Under the pieces are notes generated by a model. That model made no database searches, was not told the origin of the DNA, and saw only the letters and a program-made list of their open reading frames with translations. 64,000 bases of DNA. Origin: Octopus vulgaris. Lineage: Eukaryota. Below are positions 51,858 through 64,000 of this stretch, piece by piece (the first letter of the stretch is position 1; each line of letters begins with the position of its first letter). The position numbers were made by a program, and so were the translations under genes. The stretch spans positions 110,670,001-110,734,000 of the forward strand of contig OX597823.1 of assembly GCA_951406725.2 (NCBI GenBank), in the 5' to 3' direction.

Positions 51858-52212
51858 TATCTTTTCCTTGTTTCAGGCATTAGACTGTGACCATGCTAGA
51901 GCACTACCCTGAAGACATTTAGTCAAACAAATCATCCACAATACTTGTTATTTTACTATTTAAATCCTAGTACTTATTCTCTTGGTCCCTTTTGGCCAAA
52001 CTCTTTAGTTGCATGGATGTAAACACACTAACACCAACACCAACCCAAAGACACACACACATAAATGTATCCGACAATGCAATTCACTCACAAGTCTTTG
52101 ATCAGCCCAAGGCTATAGTAAAAGACACTTACCCAATGTGCAATGCAGTGAGATTGAACCTGGAACCCTGTGGTTGGAAAGCAAACTTCATACCACACAG
52201 CCACACCTGCAC
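51858..52212 (-). mobile_element. SINE family A (older)
   Basis: Homology. Confidence 0.8.
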
Positions 52213-52354
52213 CTTTCTCAAGCATTTGTTTATCAACTGCTATCATATATGGCTTGTTTGATGCAATCGTATATACACACACATATATATATGTATATAT
52301 ATATATGTGCATATATAAAATGTGCATAATATGTGCATGTATGAAATGCATATA

Positions 52355-53145
<791 letters not shown>

Positions 53146-53476
53146 CATATACATACATACGTACATACATACATACATACATACACACATACATACACAC
53201 ACACACATACATATATACATACATACATACATACATACATACATACACACACACATACATATATACATACACACACACATACATATATACATACATGCAT
53301 ACATACATACATATACATACATACATACATGCATACATACATGCATACATACATATATACATACACACACACACACACACACATACTATCACCACTGTCC
53401 CTGAAACCCCTACCTCTATTACTGCTACGTCTGTTTATCACCACCACGACCACCACCATCAAAACAACAGCAACAC

Positions 53477-53537
<61 letters not shown>

Positions 53538-54194
53538 GACTACTACTACTACTTTTAATAATGCTGCATCTATTGCTATTGGTATTACTGTTGCTATGGT
53601 GGTCAGTTGGCAAATTAACAGGCTGATTGGTTGGGTGAATGGTCGGTGGTGGTATGGTGGTGATAGCAGCCATATTGGTGGTAGAGGAGGTAGTGGTGGT
53701 TTGGTGATGTGTAGCTCTGGTTGTGGTAGTGGCAGCAGCAGCGGTCATAGTTGTGATAATCATAGTGGCGGTAGCAGTGGCAGTGATAGCCGTGATACCT
53801 GTTAAGGTGGTGGTGGTGGTGGTGGGGGCACAGTGGTGATAACAGTGTGGTTGTAGTAGTGATAGTGGTAGGGGCTGTGGTAGCTGTAGTGGTGGATGTG
53901 TTAGAGACGTTGATGCTGGCTCTGATAGTGGTGATGGAGAAGATTCTGAGTGGTCAGTACAGAAATAACAAACAATTATGTAGGGACAGATATGTAAACA
54001 ACTTTTTATAAAGCTGTTGCCTAGAAAAAAAAAATATATATATATATAATCTGAGTGATGATGGGGTTGTTTTCGCTGGTGGTAGGTGACTAGTGATGGT
54101 GTTGGTGGTAGTACAGAATGGTGGTGGAATGGTTATGGTGATTATAGTGATGTAATGGCAATGTTATTATTGTGTATTGAGGGAATGGTAAAGG

Positions 54195-54900
54195 TAGAGG
54201 TGATGGTGGTGGTGGTGGAAGTGGTGGTGGTGGTGGTGGAAGTAGTGGTGGTGATGGTGGTGGTGGTGGTGGTGATGGTGGTGGTGGAAGTGGTGGTGGT
54301 GGTGGAAGTGGTGGTGGTGGTGGTGATGTTGGTGGTGGTGATGGTGGTGGAAGTGGTGGTGGTGGTTGTGGTGGTGGTGGTTGTGGTGATGGTGGTAGTT
54401 GTAGTTGTGGTGGTGGTGGTGGTTGTGGTGATGGTGGTAGTTGTAGTTGTGGTGGTGGTGGAAGTGGTGGTGGTCATGTGGTAGTTGTGGTGGTGATGAC
54501 GGATGTGTCGAAGATAGTGGTGATGGTGGTAGATGTGGTGGTGGTAGTGATGGTGGTGGAAGTGGTGTTGTTTGTAGTGGTGGTGGTGGTGGTGGTAGTG
54601 GTGGTGGCGGTAGTGATGGTGGTGGTGACAGTGATCGTGGTGGTGTAAGTGGTAGAGGTGGTGATGGTTATGGTAGGAGCGTCAGCAGTGGAAGTGTTGG
54701 TAGTTTTGCTGTTGGTGGTGTTGGTGTTGGTGATGGTGGTAAGTGCGACAGTGGATCGGTGTGTAGTGGTGAATGGTAAGAGAATATTGGTCTTTGATAG
54801 TGATGCTGGTAGTGGCTGAAGTTTCGGTGATGGTGTTTGTAGTAGTGGTGGTGGTGGTGGTGGTGGTGGTGGTGGTTGTGGTGGTGGTGGTGGTGGTGTC
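54195..54900. repeat. (GGT)n degenerate block
   Basis: Seen directly. Confidence 0.93.
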
Positions 54901-55521
54901 AACAACAGCAATTTGAAGGCGAGTCAAGTGGTAGGTGAGGAACTAGTTATGAAGATGTAATAAATAAGATTAAAGACACAAGAAAGGTAAAAGAACTTAA
55001 AGAAAATGGAAAGATATGAAAGTTGAGGTGGATTGAAATAATTGGTAATGTGTGATAGAGAAAACGGAGTTTGGAGACGAGGAAGAAGAGAAACCAATTA
55101 AAATAAAGACACAGACTTGAGATAAAATATTTTCTGAGTAATACCCAGTCAATATGTATGTGTGAGAGTCAGTGTGTATCTATTTAAAATAGAATATGTT
55201 GCTTTATTTCTCTCTTTGCATCATCTGATATATAAAATAGAGAAGAGTGTGTATTCGCTTTTCACGTGAAGGTGGCTTCACCAATTGCTTCCATACTTGT
55301 GATGCATGAATAATTTGACCCCGGATGCATGTTAGGCTCTTCATTTGATTATTAGTTTGTTTTTTTTTTTATTAAAAATTTTTTAAAATATTGCTTTTTA
55401 TATTAGATTCACATCTTTGAAAGTTTTTTTGAAATATTTTCTTCCGTGTTTTCTAGCATCTCTCTATCTATATCTCTCTATCTCTCTCTCCATCTCTCTC
55501 TTTCTCTCTCTCTCTCTCTCC

Positions 55522-55562
<41 letters not shown>

Positions 55563-55575
55563 TTTGTGTGTGTGT

Positions 55576-55871
55576 GGAGGCACATGGCCTAGTGGTTAGA
55601 GCAGCAGACTCGCGGTCCAGGGATCGCGGGTTCGAAACTCAGCCCGGGCGATGTGTGTGTTTATGAGCGAAACACCTAAATTCCACACAGCTCCAGGAGA
55701 AGGTAATGGCAAACTTCTGCTGACTCCTTAGCCACAACTTTCTCTCACTCTTTCCTCCTGCACCTTGCAGCTCACATGCGACGGACCGGCGTCCCTTCCA
55801 GGTGGGGAACCTATGCACCAAGGAAACCGGGAAACCGGCCCTAGGAGCCAGGCATGGCTTGAGAAGAAACA

Positions 55872-55881
<10 letters not shown>
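55576..55881 (+). mobile_element. SINE family C (tail type 1)
   Basis: A box tggcctagtgg, B box gggttcgaa, (AAC)n end. Confidence 0.88.
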
Positions 55882-55924
<43 letters not shown>

Positions 55925-55929
55925 TACAT

Positions 55930-55962
<33 letters not shown>

Positions 55963-55968
55963 CACATG

Positions 55969-56344
55969 CACTACCGTCAGAAATTAATTAGCACCCTTGA
56001 TTTGCTCTTCACTCAAGGTATGTGCTGTCACCTAGTGGCCATATCTCGAACTATTGCTTTGTTGCGAGTTCACTGTTGCGCAGAACGATGACGTAACTTT
56101 GTTTGCAGAGCAGTTTGAGAGTCTACAGCCTTATGATGTTGACATAGCAGTGCAACAACAACTTGGAGTGCGGATGCAGACAAACTTCCTTTGTTTAATA
56201 GATATAGGTAGCGCCTCGCAAGGACCGAAATCACACCATACTAAGTTTTCTCATCGCGTAAGACGTTTTGAACAGCTCATAGGTTAATTGATTTAACCTA
56301 TTTAATGTAGAAATTTGAGAAGTGCTAATTAATTTCTGACGCAA

Positions 56345-56347
<3 letters not shown>
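55969..56347. mobile_element. Tc1/mariner-type MITE with 26-bp TIRs
   Basis: cactaccgtcagaaattaattagcac / gtgctaattaatttctgacgcaagtg (2 mismatches), followed by TA. Confidence 0.88.
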
Positions 56348-56389
<42 letters not shown>

Positions 56390-56390
<1 letters not shown>

Positions 56391-57258
56391 GAAGCGTAGC
56401 CAAAGGTAACCACTAACGTTCTCGATGTAGTTCGGGCTTCCACTGCTAGATGCCACTTGCTGCAACCATCAGGTATCAGTCTGCCAACTGGCGTTGTCCA
56501 TTGAGATCATATAGCCACGTTGTGCGTCTTTGTTTTGCAGTGCTTCTCTTCTCTTCGTCGATTTTTCGCGATGGCTGAAACGAAGGAACAGTTTTCTGCT
56601 GGGGAAAACGGCGGCCGAAACAGTTGTCATACTTCAAACAGCTTACAAGTATGCTGCCATGAGCAAAACACAAGTTCACAAGTGGTTTTTCACGCTTTAG
56701 GAATAGTCACGTGTCGCTTGAACACCAATCTCGTTCAGGGTGACCGTCGACCTCACGAGCGAATGAAAACATCATGAAAATTCATGAACTGAACTTGGAG
56801 AACCGTTACTGAACAACTGACCAAATTGTTGATATGACTGCTGTGTCCTGGAGCTCCTGCCAACTACTTTTGAGCAAAGAATTGCGAATGAAAAGAGTTG
56901 CTGCAAGTTTGTGCCTCGCTTGCTCACAGAAGAACAAAAGAGGTCACGAGTGAATGCGTGTTGTGAACTGAAAGAACAACTGGAAGTTGATTCGAGCTTT
57001 CTTTCGAAGGTCGTCTCTGGTAACGAAAGCTGGTGGTACGGAAGTTGCCCATGTGGAAGAGGTGACAAAAATAACGACGACAGTGTTAAAAGGCATCACT
57101 TTGCAAAATTTGCGGGACTGCTTCGATCAGTGAAAAACGCGTCTAGACCGATGCATTGTTTCAAACGGAGAATACTTTGAAGGCGATAAAAATGTTAACA
57201 TGTAAAACTAATTAAATAAAATACAGAGAAATTCCGGTTTCTTTTGGTTACCCCCTTG
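56390..57258 (+). mobile_element. internally deleted mariner transposon
   Basis: LLGKTAAETVVILQTAY..MSKTQVHKWF..RSG*PST..LRMKRVAA(K)FVPRLLTEEQK..KVVSGNESWWYG // CFDQ*KTRLDRCIVSNGEYFEGDK. Imperfect TIRs. Confidence 0.88.
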
Positions 57259-57927
57259 TTTTTTCTCTCCCCTTTCCTTTCTTCTCTCTTCCTTTCTCTA
57301 ATTCTTTGTATCTCCTCTTCTCCTCCTTTCGTTTTTTCTTTCTCATCTTTTCTCTAATTCTGTTCCTCTCCCCTTCACCGTTTTCTATCTGTTCCTCTCT
57401 CTTTCTCACTCTTCCTCCTTTACTCTCTCATTGCTCATACGCGATCATCGGCCGTCTTTCTTTTTCTAACTTGAGCTTTTTTCTTTCCTTTTGATCATGC
57501 ATTCTTGTCTGTCTCTTCTCCTATCTTTTCACATGTAAAAGCTTGTTCCTCCAGCGTTCACCACCTCACCTCGTTATGGCTTAGCAGCCTTTACTGTTTG
57601 TTTTCACTGTCCTGTTTTTGTTGCCAACTTTGACCCTCCGCAAATCCCAAATTTTATTTTGCTTTGCGGGCGCAACTGTTTTCTCGAAGACACATCTTGT
57701 CTTAATTGCTCGAAATGGGGAGTAGATAAACAGCCAACTGATGAAGGATCATTCTTTACGTTACTTGTCTTGTTTTCCATTTTTCTTTCGTTGTTTGCCA
57801 AAAAAGTTCGTATCCCATGTTTTTGTATTTCACGTTGTTTACGTTTTATGACGTTCTGTACCCATATATGCATATCTACATACATATATATGTAAGTATG
57901 TACATATATGTATGTATATATGCATAT

Positions 57928-58048
57928 ACTCTTTCACTTGTTTCAGTCATGTGACTGTGGCCATGCTGGAGCATCGCCTTTAGTCGAGCAAATCGACCCC
58001 AGGACTTATTCTTTTTAAGTCTAGTACTTATTCTATCGGTCTCTTTTA
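57928..58048 (-). mobile_element. SINE family A 3' part
   Basis: Homology. Confidence 0.85.
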
Positions 58049-58112
58049 TTATATATATATATATATATATGTTTATATATTTACACTCACGCGCACACGC
58101 ACGCACATTTAT

Positions 58113-58473
58113 ACGAATTGGTATCAAAAGGTTCCCAGACTAGTTATGTTTCATAAAAATAACTTATGTACCTAAGTTTTAGACTCATCTCCTTTGAAAT
58201 AGTTACCTTCCGTAAGCAAAGCACCAGCCCCAGGGTTTCTGTCACTTTTTGGAATCCGATCTGGAAGTCGTTTTTCAGAAGCGTATCGAGAACATTCTGC
58301 GATCTTGACAACGGTGTTAAAATGGCAATATTTGAGCTACATTTTTATCTTGGAGGGGAGACGGAAATCAGCGGATGTGAAATCAGGCGAGTAGGACGGG
58401 TGATGAAGCAATACCATGTTCTTTTTGGCGAGAAACTCACGAGTGAGGAGAGCTCGGTGACAGGATGCATTGC
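58113..58473 (-). mobile_element. mariner 3' fragment
   Basis: NASCHRALLTREFLAKKNMVLLHHPSYSPDFTSADF (YSPDL-type motif)...EGNYFKGD. TIR-like end plus TA. Confidence 0.85.
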
Positions 58474-59289
58474 ACCTGCGTAGCTAGAGTGTGTGCTTCC
58501 CGGGGTGGCCCTTCTGTTTGCCGCCCTCGGACCTCACAAAAAAACAAATAGTGTCTACAGGAGACCCCAAAGTGCTGCCCGTAAATACACACACACGCAC
58601 ACACACACACATATTTCTTCGTTCTCCTGTGTGATCCTTCTGTCCGGCAGTCGCCATAATAGATCGGTAGCCACTACACACATTTTTTTCCCTCCTTGTT
58701 TCTCTCCTTGTTTTTTTCTGTGTTCCTTTCTGTAGAAGAGCGTCGGCTCGATACGTAAAATACTTTTTCAATTCCCGAGCGTTATATTAATACATCTGTT
58801 TGTTTTCTACACCACCTGTCTTCGTCTTTTGCTTTTTTCGTGAACTCTCCCCTATATATATATAAACACATACATACACACGCACACACATTTAGAAGGT
58901 TGACTGTTATAGCCCGTCAGAGAGTGACCTTTGGTTTCGCACGTATAAAGCGATTAGCAGCATACACGACACGTCAAACTCAAATGGCCAGAGGCACATA
59001 ACCTCTCTACAACTGAAGGGAGGAAAACGTCATGGTTAGTTTTGTAAACAAAACGTATATCGAAAATGAACTCTGAAGGTGAGGTCCCAGGCGGGATGAG
59101 GTTATTTCTCTTACATTGGCTCCTACCTTGACGGTGTACGAAGCTCTTGGTGTACACCCATTCGGTGAACAGGGCCTTCCAAGCTTGCAACAGGAAATGT
59201 TTCTGATGAAGACATTGACTAATCACTTCTTTCTGGAGTTTAGAAAGACCCCTGGGTCGAGTTATTTTACTAAAGCAAAAACATTTTCA

Positions 59290-60240
59290 CAGACTGTCCC
59301 TCAGATTTTCGTGTGACTATTTACCAGACAGTTGTGGTAATACAGAATAATGAATTTTCTTTTAATTGTGAGCATATGCAAACATTTGTGGTTATCAGTA
59401 AAATGAATACACATTTAAGTTTGATTGAGTTGCTAATTTTGAAAAATATACAAGTGTATAATTGGCCACAAGTGGGTGTTGAACGTAGCAGAGAAATAAA
59501 TATAAACAATAGCTGAATCGAAAAACTCTGTACCAAAAAAAAGTGAGTGACAAATATGCAAAATAAAATCGATTATGTCAAAAAAGAGAAATTGTAAATG
59601 ATTAAAAAAGACTATAATAGAAGTAGACTAAAAAGAAGTTTAAAATTAAAATTGAATTTAAAATTAAAGATTAAAAACTTTAGTTGAGATTAAAATAAGT
59701 TAACAAGTAAGAATACATTTATAATAAAAGGAAAAGGAAAGGAAAGAAAAGTGATAGAAATTAGAAAAGAAAAAGGCGAAAAAAGTAAAAGGAGATACTC
59801 TTTACTTTCTTTCACATTTTTCTCATTTCTTTCCTTCCCTCTTCTTCTTATTAGAATATTTTTATTTGTCTACTTATTTTAATCTCAAGTGAAGCTTTTA
59901 ATCTTAATTTTAATTTTAAAATACTTTTTTGGCTTCTATTATATTCCTTTTTATCATTTGCGATTTCTGTTTCTTGGCATAATCTATTTTATTCTGGATA
60001 TTTGTTCAGTTGCTTTTACGCAATGTTTTTCAGTTCAGCTTTTGTCTATATTTATTACTCTGCCATAGAGTACTCCAACGTGCAGCCAATTATACACCAC
60101 TTTTTAAAGAATTAATTAGTTATCCAATCAGATTTAAATCTTTATTCAATGAACTATACTCGCAATTTATTCAATTACATTATTCTGTAATACTATAACT
60201 GTCTGGTGAACGGCCACACGAAACTCTGAGTAAGAGTTCG
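59290..60240. repeat. large imperfect inverted repeat (about 450-500-bp arms) with HHR-like remnants at both outer ends
   Basis: For example ccagacagttgtggtaatacagaataatg vs cattattctgtaatactataactgtctgg, and ttgagattaaaataagt vs acttattttaatctcaa. Centre near 59795. Confidence 0.8.
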
Positions 60241-60344
60241 AGGAATTTTTCAGTTTTAACTCTGCCTTTGGTATTTCAGTACCATTTCCCACCTTGTTTT
60301 GCACTTATGTGCTTACATGTGAGAGCGCGCGCGTGTGTGTGTTT

Positions 60345-60652
60345 GTAAAGGTGCATGGCTCATGAGGTTGTGAGTTTGATTTCTGGACTGCTCCGTGTGT
60401 CGTGGTCTGGAGCAAGACACTTTAATTCATGTTGCTCCAGTTCACTCAGCTGTTGAAATGAGTTGCAGCCCCACTGGTGCCAAGCAGTGTCGGCCTTTGC
60501 CTTTGCCTTGGAGACATCGGAGGCATGGAGAGGAGAGACTGGTATGCATGTGTGACTGCTGGTCTTCCACAGACCACTTTGCCAGCACTTGTATCTCGGA
60601 GGGGAATTTTCTAGGGGCAGTCACATGGTCATTCATAGCCGAAGGGAAATTT
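60345..60652 (+). mobile_element. SINE family D
   Basis: Homology to 45914-46241. Confidence 0.8.
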
Positions 60653-60924
60653 TGATATATCCTCCTCCTCATTATCATCATCACCATAATCAACAACAAC
60701 GACATTTAACGTCCATTTTCTGTGCTGACATGGGTTGGACAGCTTGACAGGAACTGGCAAGTCCAGGGGCCGCACTAGGTTCCATTTCTGCAGTTGGACA
60801 ATGTTTCTAACTCCACTCACTTTAAAGAGTGAACTGGGTACTTTTTATGTGGCACTACACACACACATACACACGCATACACATTAATTTTTGTTTTTAT
60901 GTTATAATAAAAACTGTTTTACAT

Positions 60925-62403
60925 TACATTGAAGCATTACTCTCGAGTAATAGACATCTTTAATAAGATACCGAAGAAAAATGAACGTCATTTATTCCAA
61001 TTTGACATCAAGGATTATTATGCTTTAATATCAAAGCCTATTTTCATGGAGGCCTTAAACTTCGTTATGATTATAAGAAACATAACGACACTAAAATAAA
61101 TACAATATGACAAGCAAAGAAGTCCATTTTGTTCCACAGAAATGCTTTCTGGATAAAAAAATACTGAAGGAGATTTTGACGTGAGCATAAAATCAAAGGA
61201 CTCAGCAGAGACAAGCGACATCGTTGACCGTTGCATATTAAAAAATCTACACGGCAAATTTCCATTTTTCTCAGGCGGTCTCTATAGGGACGATGGTCTA
61301 CCACTACTAAACAACTACAAGTCCCGAATAAAGGTAAATTTTAGAAAATGATTTCACCAATCTTTTAAAAGCTTGGGCTTTACCATCACAGAAGGACTAC
61401 AACTAAAATCTGTGACTTTCCATGATGTTACACTTGACTTATGTGTAACCTTACTTGAAAGACAACGAAAATATCAAGTACATTCACAAACATTCAAACC
61501 ACTCAAAAAGCATTATTGAAAAGCTACTAAGGATCATTTCTCTAAAACTTTCTTCTTATAATCTAATGAAAACGACTCAACGAAATAGCAATCCTTTAGT
61601 CAATTTCTCAATAACAGTGGATACAACGGAAACGTAAAATATATAAGCAATACAACACCTACAATAAAAACATAAAAAAAGAACAGAAAATTATCTGGTC
61701 CAACCCCAACCCTTCAACATACAAGTTTCTACATTAATACTCTTTTACTCATCTACTCTTTTACGCATTTCAGCCATGCGGTTGTGGTCATGCTGGAGCA
61801 CCTATGTTATTTTTCAGAACACTCTAAAAACTCTTTTACCTTAATCCTGAGTACCATAAACTAATTAACAAAATCATAAAATTATCATATTCTACAATCA
61901 ACCACTTTGATAAACTGTAGCCCATTGCAACCACCAAACACTGACTAAAACCGAAAATCAAAATCACATACATAACAACAATTGCAATTATAAAGCTTCT
62001 TCGTCTTTCCCTTCAGAAGAAAACTGTCTCTCAAGCAAGATTGTTTATAGTGCAGCTGTAACCACTAATACAAAACCAACTACTACAACTGCATAGGTAG
62101 AGTTTACATCAAACCAACTGCAAACACGATACAACAAACACACGATTTTCGGAACCCAAACAGGAAAAAAATGATACATCTCTATCTAGATATATATGGA
62201 GTTTAAAATCAGGACATATTCCATTCACCATTAACTGGAATATATTGTCACAAACACAATCATACAAAGGTAAAAACAAATCGTACAAAGACTGCACCAA
62301 TGAATCCTACCAGATTCTTAGATTGAAAAACCAAACTATGAACCGAAACTCCGAATTAGTCTCCTCTTGTAAGCAAAAAATCGTTAAAACTTCAAACCTA
62401 TAA
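60925..62403 (+). pseudogene. decayed Penelope-like element ORF (RT plus C-terminal GIY-YIG; Naiad-type)
   Basis: VIDIFNKIP..LFQFDIKDYY, KSILFH..FWIKK, GDFDVS, GLYRDDGL (YRDD 61283-61294), DVTLDL, YIHKHSNH, KIIWSNP, CN......P...NCL...IVYSA, RYNKH, TSLSRYIWSLK, INWNIL, NRNSELVSSC. Multiple frameshifts and stops; a SINE-A tail fragment is inserted at about 61740-61802. Confidence 0.88.
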
Positions 62404-62960
62404 ATCTTTCTAACGGCTTTGTATGAAAATACCCCACCACCTTCTTTCTCTTATTTCTACTTTATCCATTAACTACAATCTTAATAAAACATGAACATCC
62501 ATATAACCCAACACAAAACAAGGCATGCAGAAATTATCTATGAGTTCCCAAATTTTCAAAAAGTTGTCACAAAATTTTCTAACAAAAGTCCACACATATA
62601 TTTATGCAAGGAGAGTGAAAGAATAACGTGGTTTAGAGTTTCCGGGGAATTTTCTTATAATGCCCAACTTTTGAATATTTTAATATGTAAATATAACATA
62701 CTATAAAATGTACCCATGCCTGAAACCGAATACAAGAAATATCTATAAGAAACAGCTTACAAAATTTTTATGCAAAAACGTTAAACTTATTTACAGTAAC
62801 CAAATATTCTTCAGAAGAATGATTCCCTGTGACAAATATACATGTCAACAACTTTTAAACGTGCCTATATTATTCTTGTGAGCATTAAAACATTTAATTA
62901 ACAATTCTTTCATACTAATATAATTGTGACATATGAAACACCTTCCCACTAATACCAAAC

Positions 62961-63727
62961 CTATTTCTTTACTACCCACAGGGGGCTAAACACAGAGGGG
63001 AATAAAAAAGGACAGACAAACTGATTAAGTCGATTACATCGACCCCAGTGCGTAACTGGTACTTAATTTATCGACTCCGAAAGGATGGATGGCAAAGTCG
63101 ACCTCGGCGGAATTTGAACTCAGAACGTAGCAGCAGACAAAATACCTATTTCTTTATTACCCACAAGGGGCTAAACACAGAGGGGACAAACAAGGACAGA
63201 CATAGGTATTAAGTCGATTACATCGACCCCAGTGTGTAACTGGTACTTAATTTATCGACTCCGAAAGGATGGATGGCAAAGTCGACCTCGGCGGAATTTG
63301 AACTCAGAACGTAGCGGCAGACAAAATACCTATTTCTTTATTACCCACAAGGGGCTAAACACAGAGGGGACAAACAAGGACAGACATAGGTATTAAGTCG
63401 ATTACATCGACCCCAGTGCGTAACTGGTACTTTAATTTATCGACCCCGAAAGGATGAAAGGCAAAGTCGACTTCGGCGGAATTTGAACTCAGAACGTAGC
63501 GGCAGACAAAATACCTATTTCTTTATTACCCACAAGGGGCTAAACACAGAGGGGACAAACAAGGACAGACATAGGTATTAAGTCGATTACATCGACCCCA
63601 GTGCGTAACTGGTACTTTAATTTATCGACCCCGAAAGGATGAAAGGCAAAGTCGACCTCGGCGGAATTTGAACTCAGAACGTTGCGGCAGACAAAATACC
63701 GTTAAGCATTTCATCCGGCGCTCTAAT
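62961..63727 (-). mobile_element. tandem tetramer of SINE family B
   Basis: Units start at 62961, 63146, 63330 and 63515 (184-185-bp period). ctaataccaa(a)cc flanks the whole array. Confidence 0.92.
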
Positions 63728-64000
63728 ACCAACCTGCCAACTAACTTAATCTTACCATACACTTACATTTCTTTGTGAACCCTTAAACACCAATACCCTA
63801 AATTTTGATATACCAAGATTGACACCAAAATGCGTTCTCTTAGATTTAACCTTCACAATCTTAAAACAAAAAGTAAACATTCCACTAATATCTAAATAAA
63901 CCAACATCAACAAAACCAAGTGAGAGATCTGTCCAAGAATTTAACGTCGTCCTTTTGTGAACATATATGACCTAAAGAGGACACACCGAAAAATACATGC

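Noticed and set aside
57700-57760. GAAA...CTGATGA as a type-II hammerhead
   Set aside because: Stems I and II cannot be drawn convincingly in this copy.

Overview
This is eukaryotic, AT-rich, very microsatellite-dense intronic or intergenic DNA. Its SINE, RTE and mariner repertoire looks like a coleoid cephalopod, probably Octopus; this is recall, not a database result. No host protein-coding gene can be called with confidence, and almost all ORF-track entries are microsatellite translations. Recognisable content: (1) a 5'-truncated RTE-type LINE with an open RT frame containing a PHD-like C4HC3 finger (41472-43634), plus many orphan copies of its 3' UTR; (2) the 3' end of an R4/Dong-type LINE abutting a (TAA)n tract; (3) several decayed Penelope-like elements (PLEs), including a near-complete YRDD/GIY-YIG ORF at 60925-62403; (4) at least five tRNA-headed SINE families (labelled A-E here), often nested or tandemly multimerised; (5) mariner, maT/DD37D, Tc1-type MITE, TTAA-type MITE and Helitron remnants; (6) a tRNA-Asp pseudogene and a 28S rRNA fragment starting at the R2 target site. 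The most interesting signal is a recurring set of short non-autonomous elements that carry minimal type-I hammerhead ribozyme (HHR) motifs and/or terminal fold-back hairpins, often beside (TA)n tracts. One of them is a tRNA-headed SINE with an HHR tail and a mirrored 5' end. Together they suggest a PLE-driven, ribozyme-bearing SINE/retrozyme system. Boundaries of decayed elements are approximate (about 10-30 bp).
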